From the IMG/VR virus record IMGVR_UViG_3300025735_000004, positions 17,710 to 81,709 of that record: a stretch of DNA of 64,000 nt; one strand, 5' to 3'. The translations under genes were made by a program, and so were the position numbers. The notes under the pieces are model-generated. The model saw only the letters and a program-made list of their open reading frames with translations. It made no database searches and had not been told where the DNA came from. Shown here in pieces: positions 1 to 9,107 of this stretch. Source of the DNA: a virus. Taxonomy: Duplodnaviria > Caudoviricetes. How positions within the stretch are numbered: the stretch's first letter is position 1; every line of letters begins with the position of its first letter.

Positions 1-212
1 TGCGGTTCTTCGTCAACTGCCGGGTCAAACGCCAGCATTGCGAGGATCGCGTCGGCCACGGTCTTGTAGCAGTAGCAGGCCTCAAAGCTGCAATAGCTGA
101 GGTCGAAGAACAGGCGGCCGTTGTAGGCCATTTGGGCGACGGCCATCCAGGTGCCGTCCGGCAACTGCCGGGCGTACTGGTAACCCTGATCGAGCACCTG
201 TTGCTCAGTCAT
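1..212 (-). CDS. Hypothetical protein (partial, runs off window start)
   Basis: Hand translation from ATG at 212: MTEQQVLDQGYQYARQLPDGTWMAVAQMAYNGRLFFDLSYCSFEACYCYKTVADAILAMLAFDPAVDEEP, open to base 1. Confidence 0.6.
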   Translation of the reverse strand, partial: MTEQQVLDQGYQYARQLPDGTWMAVAQMAYNGRLFFDLSYCSFEACYCYKTVADAILAMLAFDPAVDEEP

Positions 213-241
213 CGGTTCCCTGAACCGGGGCGGGTTTTGCT

Positions 242-270
242 TATTCATAGTTCATAATTCACAATTCATG
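242..270. repeat. Heptad tandem array (RRTTCAY) no. 1
   Basis: tattcat agttcat aattcac aattcat g, intergenic. Confidence 0.85.
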
Positions 271-278
271 TTTCCGAC

Positions 279-647
279 TCAGTGCCCGGTCTGCCCTTCG
301 GGGCGGGACATCAGGTGGGCAAGGCGCTGCGTAGCGTACTGGTCAATTTCGGTCAGGATCGCGTCGACCCACTGTTGCGCTGCCTCGCCACCCTCGTTGA
401 ACTTGCCCAACATCAGTTTCATCAGCGTCTGACAGATCGCGTACTGCGCCTGTTCGGTTTCGTGGATCTGGCCAGCCGTGGCATTGGCGGGGATGATCCC
501 CACCCGGTAGGCGGCGATGAGGTCCGCGATCGACTGCGCCCCCTCAAGCATCCCTTTCATTTGGTTCATGCGGCGCAGCGTTTCGGGGTTCTGTGCCGCG
601 CTTGCTTGTATCCGGCGCAGCATCGCTTCTTTGTCTTGTAAGTCCAT
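279..647 (-). CDS. Hypothetical helical protein
   Basis: 122-aa ORF co-oriented with neighbours, typical codon usage. Confidence 0.7.
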   Translation of the reverse strand: MDLQDKEAMLRRIQASAAQNPETLRRMNQMKGMLEGAQSIADLIAAYRVGIIPANATAGQIHETEQAQYAICQTLMKLMLGKFNEGGEAAQQWVDAILTEIDQYATQRLAHLMSRPEGQTGH

Positions 648-669
648 GCGGGTCGTCCTTTTCAGGTGG

Positions 670-1254
670 TTACGCGAGCTGGATGCGATTCATCGTCCAG
701 CCAAACACGTACTTCTTGTTTTTCGGCCTTGCCTCGGTGCGGCCGAGGTAATACACCGCTTGCTGACTATTGATCAGGGCCAGCAGGCAGTGTTCGCCCT
801 GTGCCTTGCGCAGCGCCAGAAAGGCATCCAGGGCGATAAAGCTCTGTGGCCCCAGGTTGCCGTCCGGCTCCAGCTGAGGGTAGTTTACCTTACCGTCACC
901 GTCCGGGTCGTTCAGCGCGTTGAGCGCACGTTGCAGGAACGTCGCGGCCTGGCCCGGCGGCAGGTTGACCTCGATTTCAAACAGCTCGGCGGCCAGTCGG
1001 TGGCTGCGCAGCAGCACCTGGTCGAAGTGCGGCTTGACGAAGTAGTTGCGCAGGTACAGCAACTCGGCGCTGTCGCGGGGGTAGTCCTTCATTGCCCCCA
1101 TGTAGCCGTCAGCGCGGGCCGCCGCTTCGGTCACCCCCCAACGGGTCGCACCCCCGGCGTCATTCGCGTCGATCTTGCCGCCGCCGTCCCCCTCGATGCC
1201 GATCAGCTCGGCAATGATCTTGTCGATTTCCGGTGTGCGTGTGATCAGCCCCAT
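670..1254 (-). CDS. Endolysin, glycoside hydrolase family 108 with C-terminal peptidoglycan-binding domain
   Basis: EG...DAGGATRWGVT, FLQRALN, DGNLGPQS and YVFGWTMNRI motifs typical of GH108 phage lysozymes; aggag RBS upstream. Confidence 0.9.
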   Translation of the reverse strand: MGLITRTPEIDKIIAELIGIEGDGGGKIDANDAGGATRWGVTEAAARADGYMGAMKDYPRDSAELLYLRNYFVKPHFDQVLLRSHRLAAELFEIEVNLPPGQAATFLQRALNALNDPDGDGKVNYPQLEPDGNLGPQSFIALDAFLALRKAQGEHCLLALINSQQAVYYLGRTEARPKNKKYVFGWTMNRIQLA

Positions 1255-1281
1255 GGTGACGCTCCTTTCTTATTGTTTTGG

Positions 1282-1566
1282 TTATTGCACGATCTCAATT
1301 TCAACCCACTCACTGCGCAGCTTCACGTCAGGCCCGAACTCGATGACGACCTGCAACCAGTAGCTGCCATACAGCGGCATGTCCCCAACTTTTGTGGTGT
1401 AACGCACCACCCCCGTTGCCGCGTTCAACACCGTCAACGCGGACGTAATGGTCACCCCCGCAGCATCCCGAATGTCCAGGGACAGCGCGGTCTTGTCGGT
1501 CAGGTCCACCCCCGCCGTGATGTCGATGTCGATGCCGTAGGTGTTGCGAAAAATCTTGATAGTCAT
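1282..1566 (-). CDS. Small virion protein, BppU N-terminal-like beta domain
   Basis: DLT...NAATGVVRYT...GD...G.YWLQV pattern; start moved to MTIKIF with ggag RBS. Confidence 0.55.
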   Translation of the reverse strand: MTIKIFRNTYGIDIDITAGVDLTDKTALSLDIRDAAGVTITSALTVLNAATGVVRYTTKVGDMPLYGSYWLQVVIEFGPDVKLRSEWVEIEIVQ

Positions 1567-1578
1567 GGGGCGCTCCAC

Positions 1579-3042
1579 TTAGGCGGTGTCGACCGTGACG
1601 CTGAAACCGGCACTGGTCTTGGTGCTAACAACAAGGGGGAGGACTGGCACGGCCCCGACCACGGCCACTGTCGTGAGCACGGCTGCGGAAGTGGTGAATT
1701 CGGCAGGGCTCAGTGACCCGGTGGTGGTGAGCCTGGCTGCCGCGGTGGTGTGGCTTTGCTGATTGCTCTTGAGCGCGATCCGCGTGGTCAAACCGGCCGA
1801 GGCCCCTGGCTGGTCCAGCAGGCCGGCGCGCAAACCCGCGACCGCCGCCGCGAGCCTGGCAGTCGCTGTGCTGTGGCTACTGGCGTTGACCTTGAGCAGG
1901 CTCTGCGTGCCGAGGCTGGCCGTTGCATTGGCTTGGCCAGCCAAGGCCGCGAGCAACCCGATCTGTGTGGTGAGCCTGGCGGTCGCGGTGACCTGCACAC
2001 TCACCGTGGCGCCCATGTTGTCGTGCGTGGTCAGGCTGGCCGTGGCTGCACTGACGCCGTGGGCACCCACCTGCAGCGCAATCGCGGTGGTGAGCGCGGC
2101 GCCCACCGACACTTGGCCAGCGGCGGCGGCCTTTGGACGGATCGCGGTGGTAATGGCGGCACTGAGAGTTGATGCACTGCTACCGTTCGCTTTCGGGCGG
2201 ATCGCCGTGGTGAAAGCGGCACTCACCGTTGTCGAGCTACTGCCGTTCGCCTTCGGACGGATCGCCGTGGTCAACGCCGAAGTTGCAGTCACCTGGTCGG
2301 CAGCGTTCGCCTTCGGGTGAATCCCGGTGGTCAACGCCGCCGTGCGCGAACACACGCTGCTCAGTGCCGCCGCCAAATGGGCGGCTGGGCTCTTGAACAC
2401 CAGGTTGTCGTCGAAGTCAACAAACGCCGCGTGGTTGCTGACCGTCGCGTTCAGCGTGGCGTTTTCTGTGGTGCCGTCGAAAAAGAAGTCCGCCGTATAG
2501 GCCGAGGCAGCGCCTTGCAAAAGCGCCGGCCATACCTCGCAGATCAGCACATCGCCGTCGAGCGCCATGATCATCGTGCCGGGCGTGTTGTACGACCCCC
2601 AGTCGACTTTCTCGGTGTTGGCCGCAGAGGGTGGTGCCACGCCCGTAAGCGGAATCGAGTTCCCAGGCCCCTCAAGCAACTTCCCCACCACCGCCCCGGT
2701 GGACGGACGCCACACGTACAGGCAGGTAGTCAGGTACTGGCCCAGGTTCATTTGGGTGTTTGACTGGGTTAACGCGACGTTCAACCGGAAAACAGCGGTC
2801 ACGGATTGGTTGCCGTTTAACGGGGGGCTGGCGAAGTACCCCATGAACGGCAGTTGCAGGGCGGTGTTTGCCAGCGAGGTGCCGGACAGTGAAGCCTGCG
2901 CCGTGCCGATGGTGGTGTTCATCGTGCGCAGGGTGGCCGCGCCGGTGGCACTCCAGCTCGGCGTAGCCGAAGACTGCGGGCCGGTGGGGAAGGTGCCCGC
3001 CGCAGTGTTAGAGGCGTTGTGTAAATAGAGTTTGGTTGTCAT
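1579..3042 (-). CDS. Putative virion/tail-associated protein with C-terminal ~21-aa Ala/Thr repeats
   Basis: 487 aa; repeated A(A/R)LTT..(RP)KA units; 63-bp DNA periodicity at about 2080-2340. Confidence 0.65.
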   Translation of the reverse strand: MTTKLYLHNASNTAAGTFPTGPQSSATPSWSATGAATLRTMNTTIGTAQASLSGTSLANTALQLPFMGYFASPPLNGNQSVTAVFRLNVALTQSNTQMNLGQYLTTCLYVWRPSTGAVVGKLLEGPGNSIPLTGVAPPSAANTEKVDWGSYNTPGTMIMALDGDVLICEVWPALLQGAASAYTADFFFDGTTENATLNATVSNHAAFVDFDDNLVFKSPAAHLAAALSSVCSRTAALTTGIHPKANAADQVTATSALTTAIRPKANGSSSTTVSAAFTTAIRPKANGSSASTLSAAITTAIRPKAAAAGQVSVGAALTTAIALQVGAHGVSAATASLTTHDNMGATVSVQVTATARLTTQIGLLAALAGQANATASLGTQSLLKVNASSHSTATARLAAAVAGLRAGLLDQPGASAGLTTRIALKSNQQSHTTAAARLTTTGSLSPAEFTTSAAVLTTVAVVGAVPVLPLVVSTKTSAGFSVTVDTA

Positions 3043-3072
3043 CCCCTTTCACCTCGACGAAGGTGAAGTGGA

Positions 3073-3513
3073 TTAGTTGTCGATCTGGAACGTCAGGTCG
3101 CCGATGGCAAACACTGGAGCCGGGTCACCGTTGTTGACCGTCTTGCTGACCGTCAGGGCGCTGTAGAACAGCATGTTGCCCGAGGTCGACGCATCCATCA
3201 CGGCCATGCCGGTCACCGTGCCCCAGTTGGCGGTCGGAGTCGGAAAGGTGATCGTGGCGTTGTTCGACGTGGTGCCGCCGGTGCCGCTGGAGGCGGTCGT
3301 GCTGCCCGCACTTTGGGTGCCGGCCCAGTTGGCTAGGCTGTTGGTCACCGCGACCCGCGCATAACTGCCGCCAGTGGCCTCGGTGCCCCCGGAGGTGTCG
3401 GTGGGGTTGGCGGTAAACAGGGCGATGTAGAGCGTGGACGGAAAGGTGTAAGCCTGGCCGCGAAACAGCTGATCGATCAGCTTGTTTTCCAGGTAGTCGG
3501 TCATTGCGCCCAT
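3073..3513 (-). CDS. Conserved phage tail-associated structural protein
   Basis: M(T)DYLENKLID...LYIALFTA.P...GGSYARVAV...SN.ATITFP.PT.NWGTVT...DA...GN.L pattern common in phage tail regions. Confidence 0.7.
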   Translation of the reverse strand: MGAMTDYLENKLIDQLFRGQAYTFPSTLYIALFTANPTDTSGGTEATGGSYARVAVTNSLANWAGTQSAGSTTASSGTGGTTSNNATITFPTPTANWGTVTGMAVMDASTSGNMLFYSALTVSKTVNNGDPAPVFAIGDLTFQIDN

Positions 3514-3645
3514 GAAGCACCCCAAAGTAGGTCGTGTGAAGTACGCGGTCCTACGTTGGGGCCGCTTGCCATTAAAGCGTAGGTTACGACCCCGGATTTC
3601 GCTTAAATTTCATAGCTCTAGGTGTCTAAACCAACGCTTTTGGGA

Positions 3646-3936
3646 CTACGCCGCGTGTTGCGCGGTGACCACGGCGGTGAGTTGGCCAACCCGTTCCGCC
3701 AAGCGCGACAGGCGCTGCTCAAAGATGTGCTCAAACTCGCCTTTGCCTTCCTCGCGCAGGGCGGTCAGGGCGTCGGGCATGGTCATCGGCACGATCAACG
3801 CTCGGGTGCTGTCGGGCAGGCTGGCCATGTGGGCCTCTGCTTCGTCGCGGTGGGTGTAAACCCCCGCCACCACAAGGGCTTCGCGTACTTCGTCCAGCCG
3901 GTAGAGCACCAGTGCTTCAGGTGTGATTTCGCTCAT
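3646..3936 (-). CDS. Hypothetical protein, first gene of the leftward operon
   Basis: 96-aa ORF followed upstream by AT-rich non-coding DNA. Confidence 0.6.
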   Translation of the reverse strand: MSEITPEALVLYRLDEVREALVVAGVYTHRDEAEAHMASLPDSTRALIVPMTMPDALTALREEGKGEFEHIFEQRLSRLAERVGQLTAVVTAQHAA

Positions 3937-4210
3937 GGGGAGACCTATGCAAAAAATCAGCTCGGCCGTCTTCGGTTGGGTGAAACACTCGCGGCCTTGG
4001 GTTAAAGACTAGGCGAGGATCGCGAAAAAATTTTGCGTTGCTTCAAAATCGAGGCAACGGAGGCCTCAAAAGCGGGTGTTTTACCCCCTCTTCGAAAGTT
4101 TTTTTAACTATTTTTTCGGTTGTACTGGGAACCTTTTCTGACAAGGCTTTGACGCCAGAGATTGTCCGACAAAACAGGGCGTTTTGATGGCACTTTTGTG
4201 AATGTCAAGG

Positions 4211-4244
4211 GGGGTAAAGACGGAGGCTTGGTTGTCTTTACCCC
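4211..4244. promoter_or_regulatory. Inverted repeat (possible operator)
   Basis: ggggtaaagac N12 gtctttacccc. Confidence 0.45.
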
Positions 4245-4275
4245 TCAATGCTCCGTATCCTATTGACCATAAACG

Positions 4276-4305
4276 AAAAAGCCCCCGCTGTTAGGCGAGG
4301 GCTTT
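4276..4305 (-). terminator. Intrinsic terminator-like hairpin (U-tract on minus strand, possibly bidirectional)
   Basis: aaaaagccccc gctgttaggcg agggcttt. Confidence 0.55.
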
Positions 4306-4308
4306 ACG

Positions 4309-4880
4309 GACTGGCGGGTGTTACAAGCACCTCCAGTCAAGGTCTCGGGGTATCTCTGCTTAGCTGGCCGGGGTACGAGACCGGGTCTAAAAAGTATACG
4401 CGAACATTGATCGCGTGTTCAACCATGCCCGCCTCATCCCCGTAACCCTTCCATTGCGCGTCTGGATCAAGATGGGGCGTTCGTTCGCCTATTGGGCCGC
4501 AGTGCGTAAAACCACCCACAAGGGGATCTTCTCAGGGTGGTCGGTATAGCCGGGAGGTACGAACCTGGAAACAGGTCGGGAAGGCAATGGCAGGGCGGCG
4601 TATTACCCAGACACAGGCGCCGTCGACTGTCCCAAAACCTACCCCCGCCGTGCGCCGAGAAGGGCCGAGGGCGCTTGTAACGCATAACCTCGAAAGCGCG
4701 GAACGCCAGCTGGGAGTGGGAGCCGGGAAACCGGGATTTCCCCATTGCGTGGAGTTGTGTGGAAGGCCTTTTTTCAAGGGCTGGACGCAGGGGCTCGCAC
4801 GCCAGTGGGAGCAAAAAGGGGGCCAGCTTTAGGCGGCCCTCACAAGCGTTTGTACCCCCCGCCTTGGGGTACGAATAGGG
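4309..4880. ncRNA. Candidate structured non-coding RNA
   Basis: No convincing ORF. Consecutive hairpins (4309-4338, 4341-4382, 4511-4541) and two stems capped by GAAA tetraloops (4563-4576, 4723-4734). Confidence 0.35.
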
Positions 4881-4992
4881 ACTGGAACGATTTAAATAAT
4901 ATTACGTTCAGCATCTGTTCAGACTTGTATGAGAAATGTAACGTGCTGTGCCCAGTACCAGGACAAATCCGAAAACAACAAGGAGAAGGACA

Positions 4993-5187
4993 ATGTTGAT
5001 ACTGACCCGCCGTATTCACGAAACCATCATGATTGGCGACGACATCCGCGTCACAGTGCTCGGTGTCAGCGGCCTGCAGGTGCGCGTCGGCATTGATGCG
5101 CCCAAGGGCGTCGATGTCCATCGCGAGGAAATCTACAACCGCATTCAGGCTGAAAAAGCTGATCTCGCAAAACTGGACCTAGACTGA
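4993..5187 (+). CDS. csrA: Carbon storage regulator CsrA/RsmA homologue
   Basis: [52 protein letters not shown] is the canonical CsrA signature; aggagaagga RBS. Confidence 0.95.
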   Translation: MLILTRRIHETIMIGDDIRVTVLGVSGLQVRVGIDAPKGVDVHREEIYNRIQAEKADLAKLDLD

Positions 5188-5217
5188 ACGGATAGCTTCA
5201 TCACAGGGAGTTCACCG

Positions 5218-5598
5218 ATGCCCAACATCGCAAAGCTGCTGTACCAGTACGTTGGCAAAGACGACACCTACGAGCTGCTGGGTGACTGCATCGGCGCTGG
5301 TACCGACCGTGGCCACGACACCAAAATTTATCGCAACATCCACACCGGCCAGTTGCACAGCCGGTTGCCGGATGACTTCGAAGTCCGCATGAAACGCATC
5401 GGCGAGCTGGTCGAATTCCAGCACGACGACACCGATCTGCTGCGCGAAGCACTTGCGCTTTTCGAGTACGTCACCTGGCACGATGGCCGCTACCGTCAAG
5501 AGTCCAGTTTGAAGTTTCAGACCCCGGCGCAGAAGTTGGTGAGCCGGTTGGCCGAACGCCTCGGGGTTGTGCCGTATCAGTCACTCAAACAAGAGTAA
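5218..5598 (+). CDS. Hypothetical protein with DUF1653-like N-terminal domain
   Basis: YELLGDCIGAG...IYRNIHTGQLHSRLPDDF; resembles 49257-49502. Confidence 0.6.
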   Translation: MPNIAKLLYQYVGKDDTYELLGDCIGAGTDRGHDTKIYRNIHTGQLHSRLPDDFEVRMKRIGELVEFQHDDTDLLREALALFEYVTWHDGRYRQESSLKFQTPAQKLVSRLAERLGVVPYQSLKQE

Positions 5599-5609
5599 GG
5601 GACTACGAC

Positions 5610-6056
5610 TTGAAAACACTTCGCTGGTTTTTCACCTCGCACATTTTCTTGGCACTGGTCGCGATCCAGGTGTTCGTCCAGGTGTGGTCGAGGGCCGTGG
5701 AAATGCCGATCCTCGGGCTGTTCATCGGCCTCTGGCTGTCCTGGAAACTCGGCTGTTTGGCTGGCTGGGCCGACTTCCAGCAACGCGGGATTGACCATGA
5801 GCGCTTGGTGGCCAAGGACATCGCCCAGCTGCAGGAGGACTTCGAGGGTCAGCCCGAAGACGTGCGCCTGGCGATGGCCCCGCAGTATTCCCGGGCGTTG
5901 GAGTCGCTGACGTGGCTGCACCAACGACTGGTCGAGCGCAGCAACGCTCCCTACGTCCCCACGCGATTGCGTGACGCGCTGCCGTCGCCCGCCCGTTGGC
6001 TGGCCCGCCGCCGCGAGCGCCAAATCATGGCCACGGACAAGGTGCTGCACCCATGA
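5610..6056 (+). CDS. Hypothetical membrane protein
   Basis: Two hydrophobic N-terminal segments; TTG start. Confidence 0.6.
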   Translation: MKTLRWFFTSHIFLALVAIQVFVQVWSRAVEMPILGLFIGLWLSWKLGCLAGWADFQQRGIDHERLVAKDIAQLQEDFEGQPEDVRLAMAPQYSRALESLTWLHQRLVERSNAPYVPTRLRDALPSPARWLARRRERQIMATDKVLHP

Positions 6057-6256
6057 TCGCGATCGTCAACACCGGCAAGCGGCACCCGAAGAAGGGCCAC
6101 CACTACCGCCTGCAAATCAATGACCAGTTGATCACCGAGTTCTGGCACCGCCGGGTCGATGGCCTGAGCACCTGCCTGCAACGGGCCGCCGAAGCGGCCG
6201 AGGCCGCGCACCAGCAACAGGTCGAGGCGATGCTGCAACTGATCAACAAACAATAA
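6053..6256 (+). CDS. Hypothetical protein
   Basis: ATGA overlap with upstream stop; starts MIAIVNTG. Confidence 0.6.
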   Translation: MIAIVNTGKRHPKKGHHYRLQINDQLITEFWHRRVDGLSTCLQRAAEAAEAAHQQQVEAMLQLINKQ

Positions 6257-6271
6257 AAACAAGGATGCCCC

Positions 6272-6682
6272 ATGGCTTTCACCGTCCCCGAGCGTTTCCG
6301 CGTCACCGCCGGCATGTTGGCCAGCGCCAAGGCCACCCACGGCAACAACGGCGCGTTCATCATTCCGTTGCGCGACCCCGCCACCCAAACCGTGTTGCAG
6401 GCGAGGGCGATTGCCTCCGACTGCGAGGGCTGGGAGCACGTCAGCGTCAGTTTCCCGAGCAAAACCCCGTCCTGGGATGTGATGTGTACGATCAAAGACC
6501 TGTTTTGGGGGCCGCAGGACTGCGTGATGCAGTTCCATCCCCCGGAGAAGGAATATTCGAACTTCCACCCGTTCTGTCTGCATCTCTGGCGCCCGATCGG
6601 TAAAGAATTTCCGCGCCCGCCGCACCACCTGGTCGGCCCGCTGGCTCGCCGCACCCCTGAACCCAACGCCAAGGAGTCCTGA
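6272..6682 (+). CDS. Conserved phage protein (DUF7694-like)
   Basis: WEHVSVS...PSW..MC.IKDLFW...VMQFHPP..EY.N.HP.CLHLWRP motif. Confidence 0.7.
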   Translation: MAFTVPERFRVTAGMLASAKATHGNNGAFIIPLRDPATQTVLQARAIASDCEGWEHVSVSFPSKTPSWDVMCTIKDLFWGPQDCVMQFHPPEKEYSNFHPFCLHLWRPIGKEFPRPPHHLVGPLARRTPEPNAKES

Positions 6683-6684
6683 CC

Positions 6685-7134
6685 ATGGGCAAATGCACGA
6701 CCTACTACGACGAACTGCGCTTTGACACTCGCGACCCCGAGTTCACCCATGTGTATTGCTTCATCCGGGGCGAGGGCGATTGCCCGTTCATGGTCCATGG
6801 CTGGCATCACAAAGCGTTCCCCAAGACGCTCACCACCCACGAAATTTTCTCCAACATCTGGACCGGGCAGACCGACCCGATGACCTGGGAGCGCGAAGCG
6901 CCGCGGGCCGTCCTCACCCCGGCGATCTACAACCCCAACGATCGTGTGCCGGTGCCGGTCGAGCAGTTGCAGGCCTGGCGCGACAGCTTTACCGCCTGGG
7001 ACACCACGGTGTCCGGGGAAATGGCCGAGCAGATCACGGCGCACCTCACCTCGGTGACCCAGTGGGACAAGATTTGCCCGCACTGCCGCGCCCAGGACAT
7101 GTGGAACCAGCACCAGCGGGAACAAAAGAATTGA
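6685..7134 (+). CDS. Hypothetical protein with C-terminal CxxC
   Basis: 149-aa ORF, aaggag RBS. Confidence 0.65.
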   Translation: MGKCTTYYDELRFDTRDPEFTHVYCFIRGEGDCPFMVHGWHHKAFPKTLTTHEIFSNIWTGQTDPMTWEREAPRAVLTPAIYNPNDRVPVPVEQLQAWRDSFTAWDTTVSGEMAEQITAHLTSVTQWDKICPHCRAQDMWNQHQREQKN

Positions 7135-7589
7135 GCCAGGCGCCTGCCACTTGGGCCGCTGAAATGCAGGCCCTGCAGGACCAGATCGAGCAGCTGACGC
7201 TGGATCTGGAGTGTGCGCGGCGCAACGAGGCCGCCGCCACCTACTGGTATGGGCAGGATGACGGCGTGCGGGGGGCTTGCCTTCGCTGGGAGGAAGCGCT
7301 GACCAACCTGATCCCCAAGGACGGCACGATGCGCGAGCCGCTGGAATCGCTGTATCGCCGCACCGAAGTGCTGCGCCTGGATCTGGCCGCCGCCATCAGC
7401 GACATCGCCTTCCTGCGCGGCCAGCGCGATGGTTACGCCTCCTTGTTGGCCAGCGCCCTGCAGACCATCAACGCCTACTGGGTGCCGCACAACGAGGCGG
7501 CCGAGACGCTTCGCACCGAGTTAATGCGGCGCCTGCTTACAGTCGTCAAAGCAGCCTGGGAGGCGCGGGTGGCAGGAGCCCACCCGTGA
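7131..7589 (+). CDS. Hypothetical coiled-coil protein
   Basis: TTG start overlapping the previous stop; heptad-like helical pattern. Confidence 0.6.
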   Translation: MSQAPATWAAEMQALQDQIEQLTLDLECARRNEAAATYWYGQDDGVRGACLRWEEALTNLIPKDGTMREPLESLYRRTEVLRLDLAAAISDIAFLRGQRDGYASLLASALQTINAYWVPHNEAAETLRTELMRRLLTVVKAAWEARVAGAHP

Positions 7590-7813
7590 GCCCGAACTAC
7601 GCGATCGAGCAGCGCCTGCGCCTGATTGATTTCCTGCTGGAGCACTACGGCCACGTCGGCCGCCCCGAGCTGTGCGACTTCTTCGGGATCAGCCTGCCGT
7701 GCGCCTCGCTGGACCTCACGATGTACCGGGAGGCCAACCCGGGGAATGCCGACTACGACTTCAAGAGCAAACGCTGGGTGCGTGCGGCGACCTTCAAACC
7801 TCGATATTCCTGA
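7586..7813 (+). CDS. Stand-alone CapW/BrxR-type winged HTH domain protein (no WYL domain), copy 1
   Basis: EQRLRLIDFLL...G.V.R.EL.DFFGIS.P.AS.DL..Y....PGN..YD......V....FKP matches the N-terminal wHTH of CapW/BrxR repressors; GTG start at 7586. Confidence 0.8.
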   Translation: MSPNYAIEQRLRLIDFLLEHYGHVGRPELCDFFGISLPCASLDLTMYREANPGNADYDFKSKRWVRAATFKPRYS

Positions 7814-7847
7814 CCGACAAGACAACTATAAATAGAAGGAACTGTTC

Positions 7848-8120
7848 GTGGAGAAAGACAAGGTTGTGGTAGGCCTGACCCCTTGCGGGCGGCCGAAGTT
7901 GACCTACGCCATGGAGCAACGCATGCGCTTCATCGACTTCCAGATATTCCACTACGGCCACATTACGCGCCGCCATCTGATCGACTTTTTCGGCGTGACC
8001 TCGGCCACTGCGACCCGCGATTTCGCCCTGTTCATCGAGCTGTACCCGGGCCAGATCAAGCTCCACACGATGACCAAACTCTACGTCCCGACCAAGCAAT
8101 ACCAGCGCATTTTCCCCTGA
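7848..8120 (+). CDS. Stand-alone CapW/BrxR-type winged HTH domain protein, copy 2
   Basis: EQRMRFIDF...YGHITRRHLIDFFGVT.ATATRDF..F.EL.PG; paralogue of 7586-7813. Confidence 0.8.
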   Translation: MEKDKVVVGLTPCGRPKLTYAMEQRMRFIDFQIFHYGHITRRHLIDFFGVTSATATRDFALFIELYPGQIKLHTMTKLYVPTKQYQRIFP

Positions 8121-8151
8121 TTCACCCCCCAACCATGCAAAGGAATAAGAC

Positions 8152-8442
8152 ATGGCAACGCGCATCTGGAAATGGCCCCTGCAAATGACCACCGAACAAA
8201 CCCTGGAACTGCCGATCGGCGCGGTATGGCTGGACGTGCAGCTGCAGGGCGGCGTGCCGCAGATTTGGTGGCTGTGCAATGCCAACGCGCCACTGGAACC
8301 GCGCCACTTCGCCATCCACGGCACCGGCAACGAGATGCCGGACGACCCGGGCGAGTACCTGGCCACGTTCCAGACCGGCGCCTTCGTGTGGCACCTGTTC
8401 GAAGTTTTCACCCCCACCATCGAGCAAAGGAATGAAGCATGA
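8152..8442 (+). CDS. Conserved phage protein (DUF7352-like)
   Basis: IWKW.L...LP.GA..L.VQ.Q...P.IW...F.I.GTG...YL.TFQ.G.FVWHLFE. Confidence 0.65.
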   Translation: MATRIWKWPLQMTTEQTLELPIGAVWLDVQLQGGVPQIWWLCNANAPLEPRHFAIHGTGNEMPDDPGEYLATFQTGAFVWHLFEVFTPTIEQRNEA

Positions 8443-9107
8443 ATACTGAAATTCTCGCGATACTCGACCGCAGCGGTTCCATGTTCAACATCGCGGAGGA
8501 CGCGATCGGCGGCTACAACACCTTCCTCAAGGATCAGCAGGCGATCGAGGGTGAAGCGCGGATCACCGTCGTGCTGTTCGATGACCAGTATGAGCTGCTG
8601 TACGCCGCCACGCCGTTGGCCGACGCCCAGCCGCTGACCGCGCAGACCTTCGTGCCCCGCGGCGGAACGGCGCTGATGGACGCGATCGGGCGCACCCTGC
8701 AGGTCGAAGGGGCACGGATCGCGGCCGAGGGCTGGGCCGAGAAAGTCATCGTCTGCATCACCACCGATGGTGGCGAGAACCAGAGCAAGGAATTCACCGC
8801 GCCGATGGTGCGCGAACTGGTCACGGCGGCCGAGGCCAAAGGCTGGGCGTTTGTGTTCCTCGCGGCCAACCAGGATGCGTTCGCCACCGCCAGGTTCTAC
8901 GGCATGAGCGGCGCCCACGCGCAGACCTTCGCCGCCAACAGCGCCGGGGTGGGGGAGGCTTACGCCAGCATCAGCAACGTCACGCGCAGCCTGCGCACCG
9001 GGCCGGAGGGGGCGGCGGCGGGTGCGCTTGAGTTACGCGATACGCTGGCCACGGCGCAGGCCGGGGTCACGCCGAAGAAGAAAGCCAAAGCGCAAAAAGG
9101 TGCGTGA
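8439..9107 (+). CDS. Stand-alone von Willebrand factor A domain protein
   Basis: MIDAS motifs ILDRSGSM, GGTAL.DAIG, ITTDG.EN.S. Confidence 0.9.
   Translation: MNTEILAILDRSGSMFNIAEDAIGGYNTFLKDQQAIEGEARITVVLFDDQYELLYAATPLADAQPLTAQTFVPRGGTALMDAIGRTLQVEGARIAAEGWAEKVIVCITTDGGENQSKEFTAPMVRELVTAAEAKGWAFVFLAANQDAFATARFYGMSGAHAQTFAANSAGVGEAYASISNVTRSLRTGPEGAAAGALELRDTLATAQAGVTPKKKAKAQKGA

Noticed and set aside
517-1716. 399-aa plus-strand ORF and similar overlapping ORFs throughout
   Set aside because: Antisense to well-supported genes, with no RBS or family motifs.
4500-4760. Group II intron (GTGCG at about 4502, GAAA-capped stems)
   Set aside because: No recognisable domain V/VI consensus and no RT/maturase ORF.
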